DNA of 64,000 nt from the NCBI RefSeq assembly GCF_006345805.1, contig NC_043008.1, forward strand, positions 37,014,001 to 37,078,000, in the 5' to 3' direction. A program made the translations under genes and the position numbers. Within the stretch, counting starts at the first letter, position 1. Each line of letters starts with the position of its first letter. The notes beneath the pieces are model-generated. The model was given only the letters and a program-made list of their open reading frames with translations, did not search any database and had not been told where the DNA came from. The DNA is from Octopus sinensis (lineage: Eukaryota). Below, piece by piece: positions 38,351 to 51,842 of this stretch.

Positions 38351-39244
38351 GTAGATATAGATATGTATATAAATATATTGGAAATGTATGGGATCCTTGG
38401 TACAGTTAGGTATATTTGAAAAATGAAAAAGAATGACTTCAATGTTAGTTCTAATCAGTTTAATTTATTATTTTTTATTTTTTTGATAATATAAATTTTA
38501 AACTTTATTTTGTAGATCTAGTAAGTTCTTTGTTAACTTGGGTGGGAAGATTTAAAAGAAAATTTTTTAAAAACTTTTGTGGAGAAACATACCTGAGAAG
38601 TTGGGGCTTTGTGATTCTATATATGGGACTTGGGTGTATCTGGGGTGGGGTGGGGTTTGTTAATCAGTGTGGGAGTGAGTGAATGTTGATGAATAATAGC
38701 TGGAAGAAAGTAGTGAATGGTCAACAGAAGATACCTGAATGGGGGTGGAGTTTGGAGATGGTGGGGTGTTATATATGTATGACAGGCTTCTTTCGATTTC
38801 CATGTACCAAATGCACTCAGCCCACGTTTACATTAGGAGATAATTGCACAAGGTGCCATGCAGTAAGACTGAACCCACAACAATGTGGTTGGAAGCAAAC
38901 TTCTTACCACACAGCTACACCTGTATTTGTATATGTGCATGCACATATACACAACCATCGCTTAATGTCTAGTTTTCCATATGTCCATTTGTTGAGTAAA
39001 CTTTTCTGCAGTTGAATGCCCTTCTTGTCACCAACCTTCACCTGTTTCCAAGCAAGATGATATTTCCTCTTGGTCGGACTTGCTTATGTGGAAGATTTGT
39101 AACAAATGACAATGATACTCATGAGCAATCATCACATGTTGTTAAGAAAAGGATACATGTAAACACACACACATACAATGGGCTTCTTTCAGTTTCCATC
39201 TAACAAATCCGCATAAAATACACCTTCCAAATGTCGTCGATGCC

Positions 39245-39516
39245 TGTGCCCCCTTGACTGGCTCCCGTACCAGTGGCACATAAAAAGCACTATTCAAACA
39301 TGATCGATGCCAGGCCTGCCTGACTAGCTCCTATGCCAGTGGCACATAAAAAGTGACCACTACAATCTCAGAGTGGTTGGCATTTGGAAGGGCATCCAGC
39401 TGTAGAAACAGTGCCAGATCAGATTGGAGTCTGGTACAGCCACTGGCTTTCCAGACCTCAGTCAAACCGTCCAACTCATGCCAGCATGGAAAATGGATGT
39501 TAAACGATGATGATGA
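39245..39516 (+). mobile_element. RTE-type LINE 3' tail
   Basis: ggaagggcatccagctgtagaaac...gtcaaaccgtccaactcatgccagcatgg...gatgatgat. Confidence 0.75.
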
Positions 39517-39650
39517 TTATAATGAAATCCACTTATTTTAGCTTTGCTAAAGTAGGGAACACGTTTCTAGGTGTTGTGCAGTGTGATTGAACTCAGGACC
39601 ACATGAGTGAGAAGCAAGCTTCTTAACCAAACAGTCATCCCTGCACCTAT

Positions 39651-39694
<44 letters not shown>

Positions 39695-40220
39695 ATGTAT
39701 ACGTGTTTATATATGTTTGTGTATATGTGTGTCGATGTCTATATACAAGTTTTTGTGTGTGTGTATGTATGTGTGTGTAAAATTAGCTTATTTACTCTGA
39801 TTTATCAAACATATACAAACTGTATGTAATGTTATTATTTCTCTTTCTGCTAATTTAAATGTCTGTCATTGATAAAAAAAAATGAAAATAAAAAATGTGT
39901 CTGAAGTTTTGGAACTGTTCCCACCACTCTGTTTTGGCAGCATTGTAACCGTTATCACTATAATTGATATCATTTGTAATATTGCTATACAAATAACAAT
40001 TAGAACTACTACTACTACTAACACCACCATCACCACCACCACCACCACCACCACTACTGCTACCACCATTAATAATAATAATAACAATAATAATAATAAT
40101 AATTTCTAACTTTGGTGCAATGCCACACACCACACTTACATGACCATGCTCTTGTAGGGGTGTGAGATGCAGTCAATTGAAAATGGTCCCAATCTCTCTC
40201 TCTTTCTCCCTATCTATTTG

Positions 40221-40271
<51 letters not shown>

Positions 40272-40290
40272 ATACATATATATATGTATA

Positions 40291-40353
<63 letters not shown>

Positions 40354-41034
40354 ACACACACACACACGCACACAGATAAATATAGATATGTATATGTATT
40401 TCTAAATCTGAGTACTAGACACACGACCATGTCAGATTTACCTATTTCGTCATAGATTGGAGAAAATGATGAACAGCTTTTATCGATTTTCAACCCTTAT
40501 TGGGATCTCAATGACCTGACCAGTCTCAGAAAGACAAGTAACCTATCCATTTACATTCTCATCAAATCTAATAGCTCCTCATGCAGTTTAAATTTAAATT
40601 ACAAGACATTACCAGTATTTAGAATATTACCAGTATCTAGAATATTACCAGTATTTAGAATATTTCTGCATCTCTTTATGTATTGAAAGAGAAAACTGTG
40701 AAGAGAACTTGTGTATTCTAGCTTAAGTTTCACTCACCTCCATAGTTAGAAAGGTCACAGAGTACATATATACATATATAAAAAGCAAAAAGAATCATTT
40801 AACTGCATCGGCTTACAAGTGGAGATAATGGTAAAATTATGGAATCCAGATCAGTTAAGTTTCTTAAGTTTTCACTTTATCAAATATTCATATTGAATAA
40901 ATCTCTGATGAAGTGAAGACCTAAAAAGCTTACCTAATGCAAGTTGCACAATTCACTCATTATCTTGTCTGAAATACATATAAAAATGATGTAATTAAAA
41001 GATTTATGAAATGACCCTCTGGTTTTGTTGTATA

Positions 41035-41074
<40 letters not shown>

Positions 41075-41561
41075 GGATGTCATAAAAATGTTATAAACTT
41101 TTAAGAGAGCATTAAATGTAAATATTGGGTTGGAAAACACTTTTGGATGGAAACAGTTGAAGACTGCTTCTGGGATTCTGTAAGGCCCAGAGTAATGATA
41201 TGCCTCTCAGTTGGCACACTTTCATAAGGCATCAATTATAAAGTATCTAATTGGTGCTCTATACTTGTAAAGTATTTAATTGGTGCTCCATTTCTAATGC
41301 TCATCCCACCTTTAAACAAAAGCAATAAATGAGCCAATGAAGGAATCTCTAGATTGTCAGTAAATCTGCTAAATATTGTAATTATGTCACTTTCAAATGG
41401 CATCTTACCATCTTAAATCAGAAGGGACACATTGAATAATGATAGACAATACTAGAAGAGAAAAAGGAAAAGATGGAATGGTCATGACTGAGACACTTTC
41501 AATCATAGACTTCAATGAGAGCTGACCCGGGGCTAAGTAACAAGATGATATCAATGACTGC

Positions 41562-41597
<36 letters not shown>

Positions 41598-41604
41598 TAA
41601 TTAA

Positions 41605-41660
<56 letters not shown>

Positions 41661-41699
41661 CAATAACAACAATAATAATAAAAATAATAATAATAGGTC

Positions 41700-43190
41700 A
41701 TAAAGACCTATTTGATACAAAATGTACCATAAAACATAGAGATATATAATAGACGAAACAGGGTACATACGTGTAATGCAATATATAAAAACAGGTAAAA
41801 AATTTAGCACAGAGCACATGTTAGGGCAGCCCATCCAATCAAGGGTGAGAAGCTGCCACTTATGTTGCATTATGGCACCCAGACCTCCAGACACTTCCAC
41901 TCCACTCTGATCCACTTCTGCAAACTGGATTCTTTGAATCTGTGAACGTCATCTACATGGATTGATTGGCTCCCCATTAGACGTTGATAGTATATCAATC
42001 TGGTTTTCACTAACAGGCTGTCGTTTTGAAAGCCTGGTTGTACACATATCCCAGCACTTCTTCAGCTATTACGGTATTCTTTTTGTCCTCTGTCTGGTCA
42101 TTCAACAGAGTCATCATGTTTCTATTTTATTGTTAGATGATTATAGATGTGAGGCCCTGGAAGTTGACCATTCCATAGTGGGGCAAAACTTCTATTAACA
42201 GACTATTTTCAGAATGGGCTGCTATTTTTTTTTTGGCTCTACTTCTTCCTTCCCTTCCTACTGTCCCCAACAATTTTCACCTTCCTCTAGGATCCATCTC
42301 CTTCCAAACATGACTAGACAATGGAGTGGAACTTCTATTTGGATTCTCCAGCTGGCTCTGTTTTGGATGGGAACATCTTGGTTTCTTCTTTGTATTCTAC
42401 ATCACTGACCCCTGGTGCTGGTGCTGGTGGTACTGAGGACATGGTGATTGCATTCATCTTTTTATTTCCATTCAAGCTATTCTTAGAGCTATGACCAGTG
42501 ATGCTATGGAATCAGATCTAACAGTTACAGTTGAAAGGGTTTATTGCTGTCATCAACCCTGGTGTTGTGTACTACTCTTTTTTTCTGCCTTCTTTGTTCT
42601 TGTCTGCTGAAGGTCATCAAGTGGGCTTTACTACCCCATGTATAGAAATTGACCCTGCTGCCTTGCTCTACCTCTTCTCTCCAGTTTTGCACAGCTCTAG
42701 AATAACTGATCTTTTGAGGATCCCCAAAACATTGACATCTATGCAGATACCATAATATTGCAAGTCACCTCCACACTCGGTACTGTACTGCTGAGGTGAT
42801 GATGAGCCAAGGGACCCATGTCACTAAATATATATAGAAAGTCAGCCCTCTGTTTTGAACCACATCTCTTTTCCCTCAATGAAGTATAGCTCTAGGATTA
42901 CTTCACAATCTTTCAAGTATCATCAAATATGATGACCTGTGAAGATCCCACATAGCATTGTGGGTTACCTTTATGCCCAATACCTGCTTGTACTGCATGA
43001 CAAAGCTGATGACATGTCAAGGGGTCAATATCAGTATAGCCTTCATATTCTTTCTACTCTTGTACTGCATCACCATTCTGTGGACATATATGTCCCACAT
43101 GCTCTGCCTGTCTCTTTGCTTCATCTTAGGACTTTCATATGCGTCCACTTGTTGATCCTGCTATTGCTCTATTAGTTGTTGAACTTTGTG
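41700..43190 (-). mobile_element. Very decayed non-LTR element, possibly HERO-like
   Basis: GC-richer block ending at a TAA array (41566-41694); faint motifs such as DPQK...KTGEKR and HDDSVE...KEYRN..RSAG; many stops. Confidence 0.25.
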
Positions 43191-43304
43191 ACAACCTTCA
43201 TGGAGCAGATTTATGATCAAAGCCATTCCAAATATGACCATCCCATCTTCTGTCCAGACATAGTATATCTAAGTGGCTACCTTATCCAATGTGTCATTCC
43301 CTAT

Positions 43305-43700
43305 TAGAATGAGATTTGAGAGTTTTGATTGTTATTTCCAGGAGCCCAAGCAGCCATGTAGGGCATCCCCTTATTGCTACCTGCAACAGACTCTATCATA
43401 TCTGATTCAGTATTTCCTTTTAGAATGTGATTTGAGAAAGATTAAGCTCTTATTTATAGCTAACCAAGAAATGATGTAATGATATCCATGTTTGATGATT
43501 GTAGTGGATCCTTCCTTATATAATTCATCATACTCATTTAGAACATGATTTGAGAAAGATTTAGCTGCTATTTTTAGGAAACAAAGAAATGCTGTAGTGG
43601 CCCACTCATTTGTTGCTCACATTGGATTCTGTCTTAACTGATTCATCATTCCCTTTCAGAATGTGAATTGAGAAAGATTTGGCTGTTACAGCTTGTATCT
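43305..43700. repeat. Degenerate tandem repeat of about 118 bp, 3.5-4 units
   Basis: (t/c)agaatgtgatttgagaaagatt-like motif at 43305, 43421, 43539 and 43657. Confidence 0.7.
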
Positions 43701-44078
43701 CAAACAACCCTCTATGAACTCTCTCTACTGCCTTAAGTGGTTCACAAATACATACAAATACTCCACACTTAGAGCTAGGTATATTGGGGTTTCTGAGAGT
43801 CAATTGTATTGGCCATGGATACAATGTTGTTCTACTGACCGGATACAAATATCCATCTTCTCCATTCATTGTCCAGTGTGTTATTTGAAATCAAACATCT
43901 ATGCTCTTTTTTTCTTTTACTGGTTTCAGTAATTGGACTGCGGCCATGCTGCAGCACCACCGTCAGGGGTTATGGTCAATCATATCGACCTCACCACTTC
44001 CTCTGGTATTTATTTTATCATCCTTGGAGGAGGAGGAAAGACAAAGTCCATCCAAGCATAAAGGGCCGTACAAACTCC

Positions 44079-44162
44079 ATAAAGGGATGTAACCAGAATA
44101 TGAAGGGATATAACAAGACTATAAAGGGATATAACCAGAATATAACGGGATGTTACCAAATA
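44079..44162. repeat. 21-bp minisatellite x4
   Basis: ataaagggatgtaaccagaat / atgaagggatataacaagact / ataaagggatataaccagaat / ataacgggatgttaccaaata. Confidence 0.85.
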
Positions 44163-44455
44163 CCACAAGGTATTTTTCTTCGACGCTCTATTACTGATTC
44201 TTCATTCCTCACCGATATACATGTATTCATCCTCCATCCATCCATACCATACATACACACACACACACATATATAAATGTGTATTTGTGTGTGTATATAT
44301 TTATATACACATACACATATGTGTTTGTGTATATAGATGTATATTTGTATACGTGTACAGATATGTTAATATATATACATATACATACACATGTATATGT
44401 ATATGGAAGTGTCTATATATGTGTATCTATATATTTATATATCTATGTTATAGTA

Positions 44456-44486
<31 letters not shown>

Positions 44487-45115
44487 TTATATATCTATCT
44501 ACATATATGTGTGTGTGTGTTTATACATTTATAAAAACATGCTGGCATGTATACATACATACATGTGTATATGTGTATGTGTGTGTCCGTGTGCGTGTGT
44601 GTATGCGTGTGTATGCATACATACTAATGGGTTAGGCTTCTGAACAGTTTCCATTTACCAAATTCTTATCCACACAGCTTTGGCCAATGTGAGACATGGT
44701 TGAAGACACTGGCCTAATGCACGCCACTTACTGAGATTGAACACAGAATCACGTTTCCAAAGAGAACTCCTAAACCATATGGCCATGAAAAAAATTTTTT
44801 TCCCTTTATTTCTTATATCTTATTTTTTTATTATTGTAATCTCTGTATTGCTTGTGTATTGATTGGTTGAAATAGTTCACACCTCTCATTCCTTTCACTT
44901 GCAATGTCTTCTTGTTCTGTTTTTACTCACACTACACTTCAAAAATAGCTGAATTCAAAACTGCACTCAAAATTAATGATAATAATAATAATACTAATAC
45001 AACTAATAATAATATAATTTTTTTTTTAATACATTTTGTTACTAATTACATGTGTATACATAAATGTTCTAATTTTAATCTTTTACATATATGTTTTTTT
45101 CCTTTCAATCTCCAG

Positions 45116-45342
45116 CATTTACGAAAGATACCATTTGTGTCGGCCTCACCAAAGTTGGATCTGACGAACAGAAAATCCTTGTGGCACCATTAGAGCGGTT
45201 AGCAGAAACAGATATGGGCCCACCACTCCATTCCCTCGTGATTCCTGGCAATATGCACCCTATGGAAATTGCCATGTTGAGAAGTTTTGTTTTAGATTCT
45301 ACAACTGAATCCAAATTGCAAGAAATGGAAACATTTTGCTAG
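45116..45342 (+). CDS. DPH5: Terminal coding exon of diphthine methyl ester synthase
   Basis: Polypyrimidine tract plus tccag acceptor at 45111-45115. Phase-1 exon encodes (A)FTKDTICVGLTKVGSDEQKILVAPLERLAETDMGPPLHSLVIPGNMHPMEIAMLRSF...ETFC* (TAG 45340-45342). This matches the remembered DPH5 C-terminus (CVGLARVG..Q.I..G.L......DLGEPLHSLII.G..HPME..ML); the vertebrate last exon also starts in phase 1 at this Ala, as I recall. Confidence 0.92.
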
Positions 45343-45412
45343 TGAAACAGAATCAGTGACAACCTACCTACCACTTTGCTTTCTTTCATTGTTTATGTTG
45401 GTTTCATTATGA

Positions 45413-45418
45413 AATAAA
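45413..45418 (+). promoter_or_regulatory. Candidate DPH5 polyadenylation signal AATAAA
   Basis: AATAAA 70 nt after the DPH5 stop codon; no transcript evidence. Confidence 0.45.
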
Positions 45419-45830
45419 TATCTATGACATATACTGCATTATAATTTCTAAATTTATACTTGTTAATATATATATATATATACATAAATTGTTAAATATA
45501 TATATGTTTTATACATACATAAATGCATATATATATGTAAATATATATATATATATAAAATGTTGCATAAATATATATATTGTATATAAAGGGCTGCCTA
45601 TATATATATATATACATACACACCATTTTTTTTTATTCATAAGGAGTAGAAAAAGAAGGGGAGCACCCACAACCTTTGCAGACCCTCTAAGATTGGTGAA
45701 ATTGATGTTATTAACCATTAATGTTTTCTGCTTCAGCATCTATAAGACAGAATGTAAGGGTGGGGAAATTCAGTGAAATAAGATTTTGAGGAAAGAACTG
45801 CTTAGTGAAGTGTCAGTAAGTGAGACAAGA

Positions 45831-45880
<50 letters not shown>

Positions 45881-47276
45881 GAGAACTGATCTGTACGTAA
45901 TATGCAACTTAAAAAATAAAGTCTTCAATGTTACCATATGATCTCATAGATTAAAGAGTACGGTGCTCACTACATATTAAGCTGGTACTTGGAACTAAAA
46001 AAAAATGGTTCAGACTTAAAATTATGATGGTGCTTTTATCTATTAATACCCTTGCTTTGTCAATCTTGCAATAATATCATTTTGGTCAATGTTTTGATTT
46101 AAATCCAGGCAGGTTGGTAACATACAGCCAGAGGCTAACATGGGTGGGTTAACAGTGAAATGGCTAAACTACATATGAACATATATATTTATATGTGTGT
46201 ATGTGTGTGTTTGTGTGTGTGCGTGTGTGTGTGTGTGAATAGGTAATATTGAAATAAAAGTGCATATGAATATACATAAGGAAGTTATAATACCAAAGAA
46301 AGTGAATAGGATATGGCATGCATAATTGTACCCTGTCTCTTGGTGATTAATTTAAATATTCAATCTAACTTAATAAAATAATTGTTAATCAATTAATTTA
46401 TCATAATTAATTATGGTTGCCTGGTTTATTTGACATTTCTTACTGGCATTGTCTTCATATTTTGTCTTTTAAAAAAAATGGCCTTTTCTCTACCAGGCCA
46501 CAGTAAAATGACAGCTCAAGTAAATTCAAAGACCTAATCTTAAGCAGTGTGGCATCTCTTATGATGAAATAAATCAATTGATTGATTACAACTAATTAAT
46601 GATTATCATGGTTTCTTCAACGATTATTATGCTTGTATGTATATGTGCATTGCATTGGAAATATAATCTTTTAGCAAACTAAATTCTTAATACAGTTAAG
46701 ATTTCTTGGCTGAAGTTATTTCTCTTACATAGATGATGTTCTAGAAGTAATGACAGGAATGCCACATATGCAAAATCCTTCTTCAATAAAATGGTAACCT
46801 GTGGCCTAAGGAAGAAATCCTAAACAATTCAAGAACAGAATAATGAACCCAATAAATCAATTCTTTGTTGCCAAAGTCATCATTTGTGGTATTGCTCTGC
46901 CCGCTAGGTCTACATAGAAGCCAAATCATAATAAAAGCATATCCTTGGGTTATTGATATTAGATAATGTAGTCCCCACCTAAAAGAAAATGGGATGGGCA
47001 TTGGTGGATTGTCATTGGTTATGAGTCTGACAAAAAAAAAATAGAAATACTTGAAACAGTGAAAGCAAAGTAGCAAGAACAGTCACATAATAAAAGATAA
47101 TGAAATTTTACTTCTATATTGACATACAAACGTGTACAAACACATGCATATACACACATATGACAATATATAATTAGATATGCACCCTGCCACACACACA
47201 TGTATGTGTATACATATATGGATGTAAATACACACAGAAACACTCACACACATATTTATATAATATTATATAATAG

Positions 47277-47680
47277 GAGTAGGAGTGGCTGTGTGGTAAG
47301 TAGCTTGCTTACCAACCACATGGCTCCAGGTTCAGTCCCACTGCGTGGCATCTTGGGCAAGTGTCTTCTACTATAGCCTCAGGCTGACCAAAGCCTTGTG
47401 AGTGGATTTGGTAGATGGAAACTGAAAGAAGCCCATCGTATATATGTATATATATATATGTATTATGTATGTGTGTGTGTATCTGTTTGTCCCCCCCAAA
47501 TCACTTGACAACTGATGCTGGTGTGTTTACGTCCCCGTAATTTAGCGGTCCGGCAAAAGAGACCGATAGAATAAGCACTAGGCTTACAAAGAATAAGTCC
47601 TGGGGTCGATTTGCTCGATTAAAGGTGGTGCTCCAGCATGGCCACAGTCAAATGACTGAAACAAGTAAAATAAAATAGTA
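47277..47680 (+). mobile_element. Family A SINE, full length, young
   Basis: Collinear with the 20009 copy. Confidence 0.9.
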
Positions 47681-48046
47681 AATATTACACACACACACAG
47701 TATAGCTTAATGGTTATGAAGTTTGCTTTGCAATCATGATATTCTGGGTTTGATTCTACTGTAGCATCTTAGGTAAATATTTTCTAAAGCTATGGGTCAG
47801 CCCATACCTTGTGAGTGACATTGATTGGATAGAAACTGTATGGAAGCCTGTCACTTGGACTGTACTTGTCATTCAAAATGTGCAACTTTGTCATACACTG
47901 TATCAACCTGATTTGACCTGATAATTATGTCAGGAGTACATATGTCTGTGGAATGCTCAGCCACTTGCATGTTGATTCAGAAACAGGTAACTCAGTTAAT
48001 TAAACATCTGAATTCTCATCATGGAAACCAATAGAGCACCATCCAC

Positions 48047-48077
<31 letters not shown>

Positions 48078-48317
48078 CGTGTGTTTGTGTGTTAATATAT
48101 ATTTGATAACAATTTGATTCAGCTCTGTTCAAGTTTCGTAGGCTATAGTATGAACTGGTCTCTTCAGACATCATAGGCAGAGTGGTATGTCATATGTGTT
48201 TGTATACATCTTTAATACCATTTTAATGCCAGAAAAACCAAAAATAGGGGATCTATATTTGACTCCAATAATCTTAAGAACAGATTATAAAGGAGACATA
48301 ATTAAATACCTACTTCT

Positions 48318-48725
48318 TTATTACCCACAAGGGGCTAAACATAGAGGGGACAAACAAGGACAGACATAGGTATTAAGTCGATTACGTCGACCCCAGTGCG
48401 TAACTGGTACTTAATTTATCGACCCCGAAAAGATGAAAGGCAAAGTCGACCTGGGTGGAATTTGAACTCAGAACGTGAAGACAGATGAAATACCTATTTC
48501 TTTATTGATCACAAGGGGCTAAACATAGAGGGGAGGGGACAAACAAGGACAGACATAGGTATTAAGTTGATTACATCGACTCCAGTGCATAACTGGTACT
48601 TAATTTATCAACCCCGAAAGGATGAAAGGCAAAGTCGACCGCGGTGGAATTTGAACTCACAACGTAATGGCAGACGAAATACCGTGAAGCATTTCACCTG
48701 GCATGCTAACGTTTCTGCCAGCTCA
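48318..48725 (-). mobile_element. Head-to-tail dimer of family B SINE
   Basis: cacaaggggctaaacatagagggg...gaaatac occurs at about 48326 and 48509; junction gaaatacc-tatttctttatt. Confidence 0.8.
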
Positions 48726-48899
48726 CCAAGCATTTTGACCAAGGTGAAATGACTGAGCCAAATAATAATTTCTTAAACAGATACAAGGGCCCAACATTTT
48801 GGGGAGAAACACAGTTGATTGTATTAATGTTAGTACTTCACTGGTGCTATATTTTATTGACTCCATGATAATGAATAATGGTCATGTTCACCATTATAA

Positions 48900-49030
48900 A
48901 ATTTGTACTCAGAATGTCACAGCAAACAATCACAGAATTTGCAAATTGAATCAACAAGTAGAAGATTTAGGGACAAACCAAGGATGAGATGGTTGGATAA
49001 CATCCATTGTCTCAGTTGGACATGCTTAGG
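48900..49030 (+). mobile_element. RTE/BovB-like C-terminal fragment
   Basis: LQIESTSRRFRDKPRMRWLDNI resembles the GRPRMRWLD motif. Confidence 0.4.
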
Positions 49031-49236
49031 AATCCAGCTAGAAAGCCTAATGATGGTTTCTTCTGTTGGAATCCTTTGGAGGTGGTGCCTGAGGACTCTA
49101 CCCCAATGACCCACCCATGACAGGCGAGCAGAGAAGTTGCGTAGATGGAAAGAGCCAGAGAAAATATTGTAGAGGATTTTTTCCAGTGTCCAATAATTTT
49201 GCTAGTCAACACCCCTTAATAATAACATCAATAATA

Positions 49237-49267
<31 letters not shown>

Positions 49268-49389
49268 TGACAATAATAATTATAATTATAATTTATTTTA
49301 TTCTGCCATTGAGGCTTATTCATGCATATAACAATGTAACACAAAAGAAGGGGCTGTAAAGGTGTGCTAGTACACACACACACATACAC

Positions 49390-49428
<39 letters not shown>

Positions 49429-49928
49429 TATAGATATATATATGTGTGTATGTATATATCTGTGTGTATGCATTTGCACCCACCACCACTTGAGGACAAG
49501 TGTTGGTGTGTTAGCAGTTTGGTAAAAGGGACTGATAGAATAAGTACCAGGCTTAAAATTTAAAAAAATAAGTGCTGGGGTCAATTTTTTCAAGGCAGTG
49601 CCCCAGCATGGCTGCAGCCTAATGACTTAAATAAGTAAAATGTAAAAGACAAAAGATGATGACGATGATGGTAATTGTTTCTGCTATAGACACATGGACT
49701 GAAATTTTAGGAGAGGGAGTCAGCTGATTACATTGATCCCCCCAGCGCATGACTGCTACTTATTCCATTAATTCTGAAAGGATGAATGGTAAAGCCAACC
49801 TGAGCAGAATTTGAACTCAGAACGTAAAGATGGATGAAATGCCACAATGCATTTTGTCTCGTATGCTAACAATTCTGCCAGCTCATCGTTTCTAATCCTT
49901 GAATAATAATAATGATAATGATAATAAT

Positions 49929-50327
49929 AGGTGCAGGACTGGCTGTGTGGTAAGTAGCTTGCTTACCAACTACATGGTTCTGGGTTCAGTCCCACTGCGT
50001 GGCACCTTGGGCAAGTGTCTTCTACTATAGCCTCGAGCCGACCAAAGCCTTGTGAGTGGACTTGGTAGATGGAAACTGAAAGAAGCCCGTCGTTTATTTG
50101 TATGTGTGTGTATATGTTTGTGTGTCTGTGTTTGTCCCCCCAACATCGCTTGACAACTGATGCTGATGTGTTTACATCCCCGCAACTTATCAGTTCAGCA
50201 GGCGAGACCGATAGAATAAGTACTAGGCTTACAAAGAATAAGTCCTGGGGTTGATTTGCTCGAATAAAGGCAGTGCTCCAGCATGGTCGCAGTCAAATGA
50301 CTGAAACAAGTAAAAGAGTAAAAGAGT
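49929..50327 (+). mobile_element. Family A SINE, full length, tail running into (TAA)n
   Basis: Collinear with the 20009 copy. Confidence 0.9.
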
Positions 50328-50399
50328 AATAATAATAATAGTAATAGTAATAATAATAATAATAAAAATACAAGGAAGATGGAAATAGAAATTTAGACA

Positions 50400-50680
50400 T
50401 ATACAATCCTCTAAAATACGAGAGACAATAAAGATAGTGTCATTAATTGTTGTATCCTTGGGGACAATATCAGAAGGCATCAAGAAGAATATAAATGAAA
50501 TCAGAACAGAGTGTCCAGTAGAACCACTACAAAATGTTTGCGTCCTTGGCATAGCCAGAATCATCATCAGGGAAGTATTAGATAGTGGGAAAGAATAGAT
50601 TGCATGGTACCAGAGGCTTCAGGTAGCAAGCCCACTATGCATGCAAGTTTCCAGGAGTTACAACAAAACCTGTGAGTGAT
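50400..50680 (+). mobile_element. Dong/R4 3' fragment between TAA arrays
   Basis: IKIVSLIVVSLGTISEGIKKNINEI...LQNVCVLGIARII end motif; TAA arrays at about 50328-50365 and 50681-50738. Confidence 0.7.
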
Positions 50681-50681
50681 A

Positions 50682-50738
<57 letters not shown>

Positions 50739-51714
50739 TTTGACTCTTATATCTTCAGGAGGCGTTCCCTCAATCCTTTATATATTAACCAAAATGAAGT
50801 AGATTGACAAAATTATTTTTTGAACCTGTTGAAGACACACAAGATGTCGAAATATCATTCACTTGATGACAATGGCACTCTTCTTTTAATTTTGATTTAA
50901 TAATAATTATAATAATAATATAGTAATATTAGTAATAATAATGTCTTTTATATAAACTCAGCTCGTAAATGTGGGGAGAGAAAAGGATATATAGTGGATT
51001 TGACCATGCCAGTACTTGACTACTTGTAAAAGCTGGTAGTGAGCATTGTATTGCTATTGTTTTATCATATGATATCATTGACTAATAAATTGAATTATAA
51101 ATTGACACGAGGAATATTATCTGTGACTGACAATCATTTTTCCTTCTTACTTTGAGCCCCTTCATTGTCATCAATATAAACTAGTCAGCATACTGAATTG
51201 GGGGGTCTGTCTGCAGTCAGTATTCTCACATATTCACTCTCAAGAAGAAAAAAAACGAAAAGAAAAATAATAATAGTTATCTCTCTGATTGGTCAGATGC
51301 CAAACCTTTCGAGTTTGTACTTCTGTGTGGTGGGCACCACAGTATGTGATTAGCAAGACTGAAAGTCTCCGTATTGTCACTTAGCCTCTAAAAACAAGAA
51401 AAAAAATATTCCTCGTATCACTCTACCACTGTAGAAAAAAAAACAAAAAAAAAGCGAAAAACAGATTGGATGATTGGATAATATGGTTGCAGATACACTA
51501 TGCATGAAAACAAACAAAAAAAAAAAGAAGAAATGGCCAGAGTTATTAAGAATATCTTTGGTCATTGGCTAATATGGGAAGAATAAAGCATGCTAAATCC
51601 TAACTCCTGCCAGATGCTGATGCTTGCTTCATTGTCTTGTGTTCTACTTAGTTTTGAAAACAGTGCAGGGATGACTGCAATTAAGCAGTTTGCTTCCCTA
51701 TATATATAAGCAAC

Positions 51715-51817
<103 letters not shown>

Positions 51818-51842
51818 ATGTGTGTGTGGTGTGTGTGTGTGT

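Noticed and set aside
40608-40661. 18-bp x3 tandem attaccagtatttagaat as a CRISPR-like or regulatory array
   Set aside because: No spacers and eukaryotic context; ordinary slippage repeat.
46783-47076. 97-aa minus ORF near DPH5, and a small + exon-like piece at about 46733-46793
   Set aside because: No recognisable homology, and splice phases do not join convincingly to neighbours.
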